From positions 14,786 to 78,785 of the forward strand of contig CANQTP010000008.1 of NCBI GenBank assembly GCA_947626755.1: a stretch of DNA of 64,000 nt, written 5' to 3'. This DNA is from an uncultured Clostridia bacterium (GTDB taxonomy: Bacteria > Bacillota > Clostridia > Oscillospirales > Ruminococcaceae). Positions 18,638-27,947 of this stretch are shown piece after piece. The first letter of the stretch is position 1; each line of letters starts with the position of its first letter. The notes beneath the pieces were generated by a model, which saw nothing but the letters and a program-made list of their open reading frames with translations, did no database searches and had not been told where the DNA came from. The translations under genes were made by a program, and so were the position numbers.

Positions 18638-19468
18638 ATGTACATATATGTGGATATTCTCATTATTACAAGCATTTATGCTAATTTCTTCCTGCTGAAA
18701 ACCACCGCGCGGCTGATACATTCACCCTTAAAGAACGGTAAATGCGTGCTTGCGGCTGTGGTGGGAAGTCTGTTTTCGCTGATAATCCTGCTTCCGCGGC
18801 TGAACACTCTGCTTCTGCTTATAATACGGATACTTTCGGCGGCGGTAATGATAATTACGGCTTTCAGCGGAATGTCCCCGAAAGAACTTTACAGAACAGG
18901 ACTTATATTCTTCTTCGTGAGCTTTATCTTTGCGGGGATAGAATACGGAATTTCCATACTTTCGGGCGGGCAGAACATGGTATGGCACAATTCTGTGCTG
19001 TATGTAAATATTTCCCTGCTGACGCTGATAGTTTCTACAATAATATCATATGCGGCGATCTCATTTTTCAGGTATTTTATCGACGGCGGAAATTTTTCCG
19101 ACACAAAGTATCATGTTACAGTCACCCGAAACGGCAGAACGGCTTCCTTTACCGCCATAGGAGACACCGGAAACGATCTTACAGATGTTTTCACAGGCAG
19201 ACCTGTGATCGTATGCGGTAAAAACAAGCTTTCGGGGATATTCGAGCCGCAGGAGCTGGAAGATGTGCTTTCCGCCGAAAAGAGTATCAGCGGTTGGAGA
19301 CTGATACCGTTTTCAACAATTTCTTCAGGAGGAATGCTGCCTGTTTTCAAGCCCTCCGCAGTAATTATCAAAGATACGGAAAACAGCGTCCGCAGGACAG
19401 CCGACGTTTATATAGGCATAGTTGACCGCGAAATGGAATATGCCGTTCTTAACCCAAAGCTCCTGTGA
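18638..19468 (+). CDS. spoIIGA: sigma-E processing peptidase SpoIIGA
   Basis: Polytopic membrane N-terminal half, GDTGNDLTD aspartic-protease motif. Immediately upstream of sigE. Confidence 0.88.
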   Translation: MYIYVDILIITSIYANFFLLKTTARLIHSPLKNGKCVLAAVVGSLFSLIILLPRLNTLLLLIIRILSAAVMIITAFSGMSPKELYRTGLIFFFVSFIFAGIEYGISILSGGQNMVWHNSVLYVNISLLTLIVSTIISYAAISFFRYFIDGGNFSDTKYHVTVTRNGRTASFTAIGDTGNDLTDVFTGRPVIVCGKNKLSGIFEPQELEDVLSAEKSISGWRLIPFSTISSGGMLPVFKPSAVIIKDTENSVRRTADVYIGIVDREMEYAVLNPKLL

Positions 19469-19499
19469 ACTGCAAGATAATGAAAGGAATGATAGTCAA

Positions 19500-20213
19500 A
19501 TGAATATCCTGAAATGTCTTAAAACGGTGCTGAAACGGCTTTTCCCGCCAAAACGAGCGGGAGATGTCTTTTACATAAACGGTCCCGAAACGCTGCCCCC
19601 TCCCCTTTCCAAAGAACAGGAAGAAGAGACTTTCCTGATGTTGGAAACAGACGAGGATCAGGCGCGGCAGATACTAATTACCCACAATCTGCGGCTCGTG
19701 GTATATATTGCCAAGAAGTTTGAGTCAACGGGCATCGGCATAGAAGATCTTGTTTCCATTGGCACTATCGGGCTTATAAAGGCGGTTAAAACCTTCTGCC
19801 CAAGCAAGAACATAAAGCTTGCAACATACGCTTCAAGGTGTATCGAGAACGAGATACTCATGTTCCTGCGGAAAACAAGTCAGTACAAGAATGAAGTTTC
19901 CATAGACGAGCCTTTGAACATCGACTGGGACGGCAATGAGCTGCTCCTCTCCGACATTCTCGGAACGGACGAGGACACCGTAAACGGCGGTATCGAAAGC
20001 GAAGCGGAGAAGAACATTCTCCTTGAAGCGGTGGAACGTCTCCCCGACCGTGAAAAATGCATTATGAAAATGCGTTTCGGGCTTATTGACGGGAAGGAAA
20101 AGACCCAGAAGGAAGTTGCAGACATGATAGGAATTTCACAATCCTACATTTCCCGACTTGAAAAGCGTATCATCAAAAAGCTCCGCCGCGAACTGGAAAA
20201 GGTAATAATGTAA
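19500..20213 (+). CDS. sigE: sporulation sigma factor SigE (pro-sigma-E)
   Basis: Pro-sequence then [28 protein letters not shown], region 4 HTH ..[14 protein letters not shown]. The ATG at 19500 is preferred to the ORF-track start, which overlaps spoIIGA. Confidence 0.9.
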   Translation: MNILKCLKTVLKRLFPPKRAGDVFYINGPETLPPPLSKEQEEETFLMLETDEDQARQILITHNLRLVVYIAKKFESTGIGIEDLVSIGTIGLIKAVKTFCPSKNIKLATYASRCIENEILMFLRKTSQYKNEVSIDEPLNIDWDGNELLLSDILGTDEDTVNGGIESEAEKNILLEAVERLPDREKCIMKMRFGLIDGKEKTQKEVADMIGISQSYISRLEKRIIKKLRRELEKVIM

Positions 20214-20251
20214 TTTCCAATTATTGTTTATTGCCTGTTATGAATATTAAA

Positions 20252-20299
20252 ATCGGCTCCTGACAATAATCTTAACAGAAATCATTGTCGGGAGCCGAT
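20252..20299 (+). promoter_or_regulatory. 16-bp stem hairpin containing the sigG ribosome-binding site
   Basis: ATCGGCTCCTGACAAT / ATTGTCGGGAGCCGAT with one G-U pair. GGGAG (20290-20294) lies in the 3' arm, 9 nt before ATG 20304. Confidence 0.6.
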
Positions 20300-20303
20300 A
20301 TTT

Positions 20304-21074
20304 ATGTATTACAATAAAGTTGATATAAGCGGCGTGGATACGTCCAAGCTTACGGTACTTAAGGAGTCTGAAAAAATGGAGCTTTTAAAGCTCTGCAAGC
20401 AGGGGGACAAGCAGGCGCGGCAGAAGCTTATAAACGGCAATCTCCGCCTTGTGTTAAGCGTTATACAGAAATTCATAGGCAGGGGCGAAAACGCCGATGA
20501 TCTTTTTCAGGTGGGCTGTATCGGGCTTATGAAAGCGATAGACAATTTCAACACCGAACTTGATGTTCGTTTCTCGACATACGCCGTGCCGATGATCTGC
20601 GGAGAAGTGCGCAGATATATGCGCGATAACAATCCTATCCGCGTGAGCCGTTCCCTCCGCGACCTTGCATACAAAGCTATGCAGGCAAAGGAACAGCTTA
20701 CCGCTCAGAAACAAAAAGAACCTACCGTCAAGGAAATTTCCGAAACCATAGGCGTTAAACAATCGGACGTAGTTCTTGCACTTGAAAGCATAACCGATCC
20801 AATCTCACTTTATGAACCCGTTTATTCCGATGCGGGAGATACTTTGTATGTTCTCGATCAAGTGGGCGACAAGAACGACGACAACAACTGGCTGGACGAA
20901 ATTTCCCTGAAAGAAGCCATAAGTATGCTCCAGCCCCGTGAGAAGAACATTCTGTATCTGCGGTTCTTCCTCGGAAAGACGCAAGTTGAAGTTGCCAACG
21001 AGATAGGCATTTCCCAAGCGCAGGTCTCCCGCCTTGAAAAGAACACTCTCTGCAAAATAAAAGGACAGATATAA
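20304..21074 (+). CDS. sigG: sporulation sigma factor SigG
   Basis: VDISGVDTSKL..GDKQARQKLINGNLRLVLSVIQKF..IGISQAQVSRLEK. Follows sigE as in the Bacillus/Clostridium spoIIG-spoIIIG arrangement. Confidence 0.88.
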   Translation: MYYNKVDISGVDTSKLTVLKESEKMELLKLCKQGDKQARQKLINGNLRLVLSVIQKFIGRGENADDLFQVGCIGLMKAIDNFNTELDVRFSTYAVPMICGEVRRYMRDNNPIRVSRSLRDLAYKAMQAKEQLTAQKQKEPTVKEISETIGVKQSDVVLALESITDPISLYEPVYSDAGDTLYVLDQVGDKNDDNNWLDEISLKEAISMLQPREKNILYLRFFLGKTQVEVANEIGISQAQVSRLEKNTLCKIKGQI

Positions 21075-21077
21075 TGC

Positions 21078-21173
21078 TTAATGCGTAATTCGTAATTCGT
21101 AATTAACATCTAACCGCTTGATTACCATAAAATTACTTATAATTACGCATTACGCATTACGAATTACGAATTA
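21078..21173. repeat. hairpin element with heptamer-run arms (AATGCGT/AATTCGT ... AATTACG)
   Basis: Left arm TTAATGCGTAATTCGTAATTCGTAATTA, right arm AATTACGCATTACGCATTACGAATTACGAATTA, about 35-bp core between them. Lies between convergent sigG and the GNAT gene and overlaps the GNAT stop. Confidence 0.7.
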
Positions 21174-21662
21174 TTTAAGTTTAAGTCGCATTTCGGTGTT
21201 GCCGCGCTCTATAAAGCCTTTTTTCAGATAGACAGGCTTGCCCATAGCCGTTGCGGAAAGGTCAATACAGGTTATCCCCTCGGAACGGGCATCGGAAATA
21301 AGCCTGTCAAGGAGCATTGAAGCTATCCCCTGCCGACGGTGTCCCACGGCGGTGTAGACGTTCATAAGATAACAGGTCTTGCCGTTAAGGAAATGAACGC
21401 TTGCGGGCTTTTCAAGCCGTACCATAAAAACGGTAGCGACCACTTCCCCGCCTGTTTCCGCAAGATAAGCGGTAAAATCCTTGCCGATATGCTCGCGGAA
21501 ATATCCGGGCAGCTGTTTTGCAAGACATTCTTTCTGCATTTCGGTAAGTCCGCCTTCCGCATCGCTCTGGTACAGAAAACGGAACTTTACAAGTATATCA
21601 ATATCCGACAGATCCGCTGTACGGACGGTAACATTTTCGTTCATAACAAACCCTCGTTTCAA
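21171..21662 (-). CDS. GNAT family N-acetyltransferase
   Basis: VGHRRQGIASMLL acetyl-CoA binding motif. 163 aa. Confidence 0.8.
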   Translation of the reverse strand: MKRGFVMNENVTVRTADLSDIDILVKFRFLYQSDAEGGLTEMQKECLAKQLPGYFREHIGKDFTAYLAETGGEVVATVFMVRLEKPASVHFLNGKTCYLMNVYTAVGHRRQGIASMLLDRLISDARSEGITCIDLSATAMGKPVYLKKGFIERGNTEMRLKLK

Positions 21663-21815
21663 TAGTTAACAAGAATCAATTATAATACAAAAATTTCCGC
21701 TATTCAACAATATTTTCTGAATTTTTCGTAAACCGCTGTAATAAAAGACATACAAAAAGAGCGCTGCTCACGCGGCGCCCTTTCTGTATTCAAGAAAATC
21801 GGGGAATTCTTATTT

Positions 21816-24146
21816 TCAGAAAACTTTCTTTTTAAGAATTACTGCGGAAACTGCAAGTGCCGCAAACGTTACAACTATTGCAGCGGGAGCAGCGGAAGTT
21901 TCGCTTTCTTCGTAAACGCCTGCGCCCGAGGAAACGTCCTCGCCGTAAGCTTCTTCGTCAAATACGATAACGTAATCGGAAGCGTGCGTCATTGTGAAGT
22001 CTGCAATGCCGTCCTCTACCTTGGAGCTGCCCACAAAATCAAATTTGCCGTCATGGAACCAGTAGAGATTTGCAAATTGTCCGTTGTACTTCTTGTTTAT
22101 GGGAATATTTACAACTGCTTTGAAGCCGAAATCTCCGTTATGTCTGATGGAGAACTGGAAAGTATCCTTGTCCTTTGCAATAGTTTCAAGCTGCTTTGCG
22201 GAAGCTTTCTTTGTCTTGAGTGTTACGCCCAGATCAACTTTCTGTGCATCTTTAACATCAAGACCGTTTACTTCCCATGTAACGCCGTTTGAAAGTTCAA
22301 ACTCAACGTCAACATCTTTTCCTGCAATATCGGCAAGAGTATCCTTGGAAACGCTTGTGCTTTCTTTCAGGGAAACAGTTTTCTTTTCGCTTTCGGAAGT
22401 GCCTGCGGCAGCAGTATCAGCGGAATTATTGCCGATAACAACAGCCGGCATACCTACGCTGTGAGGACTTGCGGCAGGAGCAGAAGGAACAGCGGGAGAA
22501 ATATCATCTCCATAGCCAAGTGCAAGAGTTACCGTGTCTCCCTCTTTCATAGCCGCAAGAGCTTCGTTATTTGAAGAATCTGCAAGACTTACTATCATAT
22601 AACTTATATTATCGATAACATCACTGTTTGCGACCTGTTTATTCAAAGCTTCATCGTCAAGATCATAGTAATAATAACCTTTTGTTTTCAACGACCGAAT
22701 ACGCGCATAGTCATCATTATCATAAATATCTTTGCCATTTACAATAATTCTTAATCCAACAGCAAAGTTGTCACTGCCAAGACCTAACGTATCGGTCAAA
22801 TACTGTTCTGTCTTTAATTCTATTCCTTTATACAGTGTTTTCAATTCACTGAATGTGGTCATGCCGTTAATGATACCCGGAAGATCGACCCTCTCCTCAT
22901 ATCCGACCGTGCCTGACGTTATTTTTTCTCCGTCATCTGTTGTATACGTTCTGCTATTCGGAGAATATGTCAGTGCATAATTGCCTTCGGGAAGATTTAT
23001 TGTATAATTGCTTCTGTTGCTCGTATCAACATTTACCCAAAGCAAAGAACCTAAAGGCAATTTAGCAATTTCCGGATAGACAACAGAAGTTTTTGCCATA
23101 ATTGCAGCATTGCACATAATATCGGTTACTACTGCATCTGTCGGTATATCGGTATCATTCAGATCACAGTAATATTCTTTACCCGAAAACAATGGAACCG
23201 TATCTCCGATAGAAACTGAATAAAATTTGCCATCTGACGTGTAATTAACAAAGAAATTGAATGTAAAGTCTTCAGCGGCAAAATTTCCGGAGTTGAACTT
23301 GTATGCAGGCAGCTGAACACCGATCTGATCAAATTTTTCAAGTATTTCACCATAGGTAGTTTTACCATATTCAATAAAACTATATTTGCTTATAAATTCT
23401 ACCTCATCTCTTTTAGCAAAAAATTTACATGAGTCCGACTCTCCGTCGCCGCCTTCTATGAGGTTCAGGCAAAATCCGTTGGAATTTGTATAAAGATCAG
23501 GAAGGAAATAAGGAGCATATTTAATATTATTCGGATCATTTACAGTAAGTTTAGATCCCACAGGCAGAGCCGCAACGTGAGGATTATCCGAAGATTTTTG
23601 TGTACAAATAACATTGCAGTACAATCCTTCAAATTCCGCTCCTTCGGGGAAACCCGGATCCTTCACGGATACAGAATAGCTGCTGCCGTCAAACAGCGGG
23701 AATACATCTCCGATCTGCAAAGATATAGGTTCATCTTTATAAATGCAATTCACAAAAAAATTGCAGCTAAATGTTCCCGCTCCGAAACCTTCAGAATCGC
23801 ATATATACTTTGGAAGATCTCCTTTGATAGTTGAATATACTTTTTTAAAATCTGCGAATGTTCCAAAATTTTCATCAAGTCCTATATCAATTATCTTTTT
23901 GAAATATTTAACATCTTCTCCTCCGTCAATGGTCTTATCAGCTTTAAGTTCCATGTCAAAACTGCCTGAAAAAAGATCAGACAAATTATAGGTCAGACTG
24001 CCGGCTTCTACCGGTACTTCCTCACCTGTTGTTATGTTTTCAGTTTCAGCAGTTACTGCATCTTCTGCACTTACAGGCATGATCGCCGCTAACGATAATG
24101 TCATTACCGCTGCTGTTATTCCCGCAAGCAATTTTTTTAATTTCAT
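21816..24146 (-). CDS. secreted, C-terminally membrane-anchored surface protein with three divergent internal domain repeats
   Basis: Signal peptide MKLKKLLAGITAAVMTLSLAAIMPVSA, C-terminal TM AAIVVTFAALAVSAVILKKKVF. GAAGGA SD before ATG 24146. Confidence 0.6.
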   Translation of the reverse strand: MKLKKLLAGITAAVMTLSLAAIMPVSAEDAVTAETENITTGEEVPVEAGSLTYNLSDLFSGSFDMELKADKTIDGGEDVKYFKKIIDIGLDENFGTFADFKKVYSTIKGDLPKYICDSEGFGAGTFSCNFFVNCIYKDEPISLQIGDVFPLFDGSSYSVSVKDPGFPEGAEFEGLYCNVICTQKSSDNPHVAALPVGSKLTVNDPNNIKYAPYFLPDLYTNSNGFCLNLIEGGDGESDSCKFFAKRDEVEFISKYSFIEYGKTTYGEILEKFDQIGVQLPAYKFNSGNFAAEDFTFNFFVNYTSDGKFYSVSIGDTVPLFSGKEYYCDLNDTDIPTDAVVTDIMCNAAIMAKTSVVYPEIAKLPLGSLLWVNVDTSNRSNYTINLPEGNYALTYSPNSRTYTTDDGEKITSGTVGYEERVDLPGIINGMTTFSELKTLYKGIELKTEQYLTDTLGLGSDNFAVGLRIIVNGKDIYDNDDYARIRSLKTKGYYYYDLDDEALNKQVANSDVIDNISYMIVSLADSSNNEALAAMKEGDTVTLALGYGDDISPAVPSAPAASPHSVGMPAVVIGNNSADTAAAGTSESEKKTVSLKESTSVSKDTLADIAGKDVDVEFELSNGVTWEVNGLDVKDAQKVDLGVTLKTKKASAKQLETIAKDKDTFQFSIRHNGDFGFKAVVNIPINKKYNGQFANLYWFHDGKFDFVGSSKVEDGIADFTMTHASDYVIVFDEEAYGEDVSSGAGVYEESETSAAPAAIVVTFAALAVSAVILKKKVF

Positions 24147-24215
24147 ACAACAATCCTTCTTTCTGATATTTTTTGGAGTTTCCCCCAAATGTCATATATA
24201 TTTCTATTATACAGC

Positions 24216-24233
24216 AAAAAAAAAAAAAAAAAA
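24216..24233. repeat. A18/T18 homopolymer upstream of the surface-protein gene
   Basis: 18 consecutive A on the + strand, 70-87 nt upstream of ATG 24146 on the - strand. Confidence 0.95.
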
Positions 24234-24360
24234 GCAATATATAATTTACACAAAATTCATAAAATAAATTTGTGTAAATTATACAGCTTTTACAAAAACA
24301 AATTTAGATAACAGTTTTTGACATTTACGGCAAAACGGGCGATCTTTTATTTCATAAAAA

Positions 24361-25803
24361 TTACCTGTATTCCTTGCGCAGAAGCGCGTTTTTCTTGTCC
24401 CAAAGCTGCTGAGACAGGTCTACATAGTATTTGTGGGGATTTTCAAAACGCTTTACTTCGTCCCAGATAGTGTCAAGCTGCGCGGAACAGTATTCGCGTA
24501 TATCGTCCGCCGACGGACGTTCATACACGCATCTTCCCTCGTCAAAGATCTGTTCCATGAGCCGCACCGCACTGAAATGTTCCAGAGTCTTGCGCTTGTA
24601 GGTATATTCGGGATCAAATATCTCATATGGTTTTGTATCGTCTATAAGTTCTCCCCGACAGGTCAGAACGTCCGCAATTGCCTTTCCCGTAGAAGTGTCG
24701 AACAGTCTCCACACTTCCTTGAAATCGGGATTTGTTATCTTGGAAGTATTTTCCGAAAGTTTTATTTTCGGAACTATCTCCCCGTTCTTTTCAATAGCCG
24801 CTAACTTGTATACGCCGCCAAAAACAGGTTCGGAGCGGGAAGTTATCATTCTTTCGCCGACGCCGAAGCTGTCGATCTCCGCGCCCTGAACGAGAATATC
24901 CCTTATTATATATTCGTCCAGAGAGTTGGAAGCAACTATTTTTACATCGGGGAAACCCTCATCATCAAGCATCTGACGGGCTCGCTTGGAAAGATATGTT
25001 ATATCTCCGCTGTCAATGCGTATTCCCGCAGGTTTCTCTCCCCGCTCCCGCATTTCCTTGAAAACTGTTATAGCGTTGGGAAGTCCGGATTTTAAAACGT
25101 TGTAGGTATCCACAAGCAGAGTCGTGCCTTTTGGATAGCATTTTGCATAGGCTCGGAAAGCTTCAAGCTCGCTGTCAAACATCTGTATCCATGAATGTGC
25201 CATAGTTCCCAGTGCGGGGATACCGTCGTCACGGTCGGAAACAGTGCAGGCAGTTCCGCAGCAGCCTGCAATATATGCCGCTCTTGCGCCGTAGATAGCA
25301 CCGTCACAGCCCTGTGCCCGGCGGGAACCGAATTCCATAACAGGTCTGCCTGCGGCGGCGCGGACAATGCGGTTTGCCTTTGTGGCGATAAGGCTCTGAT
25401 GATTTATGCAGATCAGCACCATTGTTTCCAAAAACTGCGCCTGAATTGCAGGACCGCGGACTGTAACAATGGGTTCTCCGGGGAATATAGGCGTTCCCTC
25501 GGGAACTGCCCACACATCGCAGGAGAATCTGAAATTCCGCAGATAGTTCAGGAATTCTTCGCTGAAAATGCCCTTGCTCCGCAGAAATTCTATATCTTCA
25601 TCATCAAAGTGCAGATCCTCCATATATTCTATAAGCTGCTCCAGACCGCACATTATGGCAAATCCGCCGCCATCGGGAACATTCCTGAAAAACATATCAA
25701 AGTACGAAATTATATCTCCCATGCCGTTCTCAAAATATCCGTTAGCCATGGTAAGCTCGTAAAAATCCGTAAGAAGCGTAAGGTTGCGGTTATCGTTCTT
25801 CAT
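24361..25803 (-). CDS. pncB: nicotinate phosphoribosyltransferase
   Basis: LLTDFYELTMANGYF N-terminus, GTMAHSWIQ, SNSLDE. 480 aa. Confidence 0.9.
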   Translation of the reverse strand: MKNDNRNLTLLTDFYELTMANGYFENGMGDIISYFDMFFRNVPDGGGFAIMCGLEQLIEYMEDLHFDDEDIEFLRSKGIFSEEFLNYLRNFRFSCDVWAVPEGTPIFPGEPIVTVRGPAIQAQFLETMVLICINHQSLIATKANRIVRAAAGRPVMEFGSRRAQGCDGAIYGARAAYIAGCCGTACTVSDRDDGIPALGTMAHSWIQMFDSELEAFRAYAKCYPKGTTLLVDTYNVLKSGLPNAITVFKEMRERGEKPAGIRIDSGDITYLSKRARQMLDDEGFPDVKIVASNSLDEYIIRDILVQGAEIDSFGVGERMITSRSEPVFGGVYKLAAIEKNGEIVPKIKLSENTSKITNPDFKEVWRLFDTSTGKAIADVLTCRGELIDDTKPYEIFDPEYTYKRKTLEHFSAVRLMEQIFDEGRCVYERPSADDIREYCSAQLDTIWDEVKRFENPHKYYVDLSQQLWDKKNALLRKEYR

Positions 25804-26474
25804 TACAGAACACCCCCTGTTATTTCCGAGACAAATGTTATGCCGCTGTCTTTCATAATTTTATATGCGGCAATGTTCATAAAATCCGCGTCATGGGAAG
25901 GCGCGTCGTAAGTTTCCGCGCAGTCAATGGGAATTACAATGCTGCACTGTTTATTCTGCTGTGTGAAAAATGTTTTCAGTGACAGGCAGAATTGCAGCAC
26001 GCAGATGTCCGTACAATCGCCTGTTACAATGAAAGTATCCTTTCCCGAATCGAGAAGATGTTTCCTGTAACTTTCCTCGTGGAAGCCGTTGGTGGAATTT
26101 TTCTTTATCAGCAGATACCCGCCTTTGTTTTTAATTTCGTCAACAATTTCCGACTCGGGGGTATTTTCGATACAGTGAGGCGGAAACGAGGCAAATTCCG
26201 CACAGTCGGCGGCGTGGCAGTCGGCAAAGGCAGTAACGGGAATGCCCCGCGCGGAGCATTTCTCCATAAGCGAAACGATAGGTGGGATAATGTCCTCCAC
26301 AAGCGGCGAAGCCATTGCGCCCTGACGAACGAAGCCGTTCACAACGTCCACAATGACAAGCTCGGTCTTTTTGGGATCAAATTCGGAAATATCCGCAGCC
26401 GCCGCGGAGGATAGTTCTTCCGCAAGACAGCGGACGGTGTTATAACAGTTTTCGCAGGTTCTTATTTTTCTCAT
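25803..26474 (-). CDS. isochorismatase-family cysteine hydrolase, probable nicotinamidase
   Basis: VIVDVVNGF, FIVTGDCTDICVLQ catalytic Cys context. Overlaps the pncB start (operon). Confidence 0.6.
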   Translation of the reverse strand: MRKIRTCENCYNTVRCLAEELSSAAAADISEFDPKKTELVIVDVVNGFVRQGAMASPLVEDIIPPIVSLMEKCSARGIPVTAFADCHAADCAEFASFPPHCIENTPESEIVDEIKNKGGYLLIKKNSTNGFHEESYRKHLLDSGKDTFIVTGDCTDICVLQFCLSLKTFFTQQNKQCSIVIPIDCAETYDAPSHDADFMNIAAYKIMKDSGITFVSEITGGVL

Positions 26475-26553
26475 TGCAGACCATTCCTTTCTTATTTGAT
26501 GATTACATTATAATACATTAAGAAATTTATTTCAAGAGATTTCCGCAAAATCG

Positions 26554-26582
26554 TTGAAATTTCCCGAAAAATGTTTTATAAT
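26554..26582 (+). promoter_or_regulatory. sigma-A type promoter upstream of the CapA-family gene
   Basis: TTGAAA, 17-nt spacer, TATAAT. Confidence 0.5.
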
Positions 26583-26634
26583 TTATCTGTCGGGGGAAAC
26601 TACCGTTATTCTGTAACTTTAAGAGGGGTCTGTT

Positions 26635-27903
26635 ATGAAATTATTCCCAAAATTTATTGCAATTATTGCCTGCATTTCTATAATTCCTGCTTTTTCGTCC
26701 TGCAAAGATGTTGAGGACGCCGTTCCCGTGTCGGCTGATACCGTTATGACAACTTTGTCCGCCGTGGAAACCACCACCGTTCCCACAACGTCCGAAACGA
26801 CGACCACAGTCACCACCGAACCGGAGCCCGTTTACAAAACGGTGAGTTTCGCGGTCACGGGAGATAATCTTATACATTCAAGCATATATAATCAGGCGAA
26901 CGCGCGGGCAGGCGGCGAGGGATATGATTTTTCCTACGCCTATGAAAATATCATCGACCTGATAAAGCCTGCGGATATTGCAGTGATAAATCAGGAAACG
27001 CTTATCTGCAATGATGTTTTCAAACCCTCATCATACCCGATGTTCAACAGTCCCACGGCGCTTGGGGACTATATGCTTGAAATAGGCTTTGACGTTTTCA
27101 CCATCGCAAACAACCACACTCTCGACAAGGGAACGGACGGACTTTCCGCCTGTCTGGATTACTGGGAAAGCCGTCCCGAAGCGGTAGTCTGCGGCGCGTA
27201 CCGCGATGCGGAGGACGAAAGTCATATCCGCACTCTGGAAGAAAAAGGCATAGTATTTTCGTTCCTGTCCTATACGGAGTCCCTGAACGGACTTTCCCTG
27301 CCTGCGAGTTCGCCGCTTGTTATAGGACGCACCGAGGACGTTGATCTGATATGCGAACAGATAAAGCAGGCGAAAGAGATTTCCGACGTATGCGTTGTTG
27401 CACTTCACTGGGGAGTGGAAAATTCCGACATCATCAGCGACTATCAGCGAACAGTGGCAAAGACCCTTTCCGATGCGGGAGCGGATATTATCATCGGGAA
27501 TCACCCCCACGTTCTCCGCGACATAGAAGAAATCGAGCGGGAGGACGGTTCGATCACCCTTTGCGCCTATTCGTTAGGAAACTTCATTTCCGCCCAGAGC
27601 GTGGGACAGAATCTTATCGGCGGCGTTCTGCAATTTGACGTTACCGTCTGCACCGAAAATGCGCCGGAAGATGATAAAAGTCCCATTATCAGGAATATTG
27701 AGCTTATTCCCGTAATAACACATTATGAAGGTAATTATAAGAACATCAGACTTTACCCATTATCCGAGTACACCCGCGAAATGGCGGATTCCCACGGCGT
27801 AAGGAATATGAGCAAATTCGGCTACGACTATATTTTTGAAGTTCTCGACCGCAACATCAGCGACAAATATCTTGATACCGATGAATACCGCATATCGGAC
27901 TGA
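26635..27903 (+). CDS. CapA-family (PGA_cap metallophosphatase-like) lipoprotein
   Basis: Lipobox FSSC. Motifs GDNLIH, ANNHTLDKG, ALHWGVE, GNHPHVL. Confidence 0.8.
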   Translation: MKLFPKFIAIIACISIIPAFSSCKDVEDAVPVSADTVMTTLSAVETTTVPTTSETTTTVTTEPEPVYKTVSFAVTGDNLIHSSIYNQANARAGGEGYDFSYAYENIIDLIKPADIAVINQETLICNDVFKPSSYPMFNSPTALGDYMLEIGFDVFTIANNHTLDKGTDGLSACLDYWESRPEAVVCGAYRDAEDESHIRTLEEKGIVFSFLSYTESLNGLSLPASSPLVIGRTEDVDLICEQIKQAKEISDVCVVALHWGVENSDIISDYQRTVAKTLSDAGADIIIGNHPHVLRDIEEIEREDGSITLCAYSLGNFISAQSVGQNLIGGVLQFDVTVCTENAPEDDKSPIIRNIELIPVITHYEGNYKNIRLYPLSEYTREMADSHGVRNMSKFGYDYIFEVLDRNISDKYLDTDEYRISD

Positions 27904-27906
27904 TAA

Positions 27907-27942
27907 AAATGTCCCCTTCCATTCAGGAAAGGGACATTTTTA
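27907..27942. terminator. bidirectional hairpin terminator
   Basis: AAATGTCCCCTT..AAAGGGACATTTTT between convergent genes. Confidence 0.6.
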
Positions 27943-27947
27943 TACTA

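Noticed and set aside
19422-19499. Longer sigE start given by the ORF track
   Set aside because: It would overlap the spoIIGA 3' end by 47 nt. The ATG at 19500 gives the expected pro-sigma-E N-terminus.
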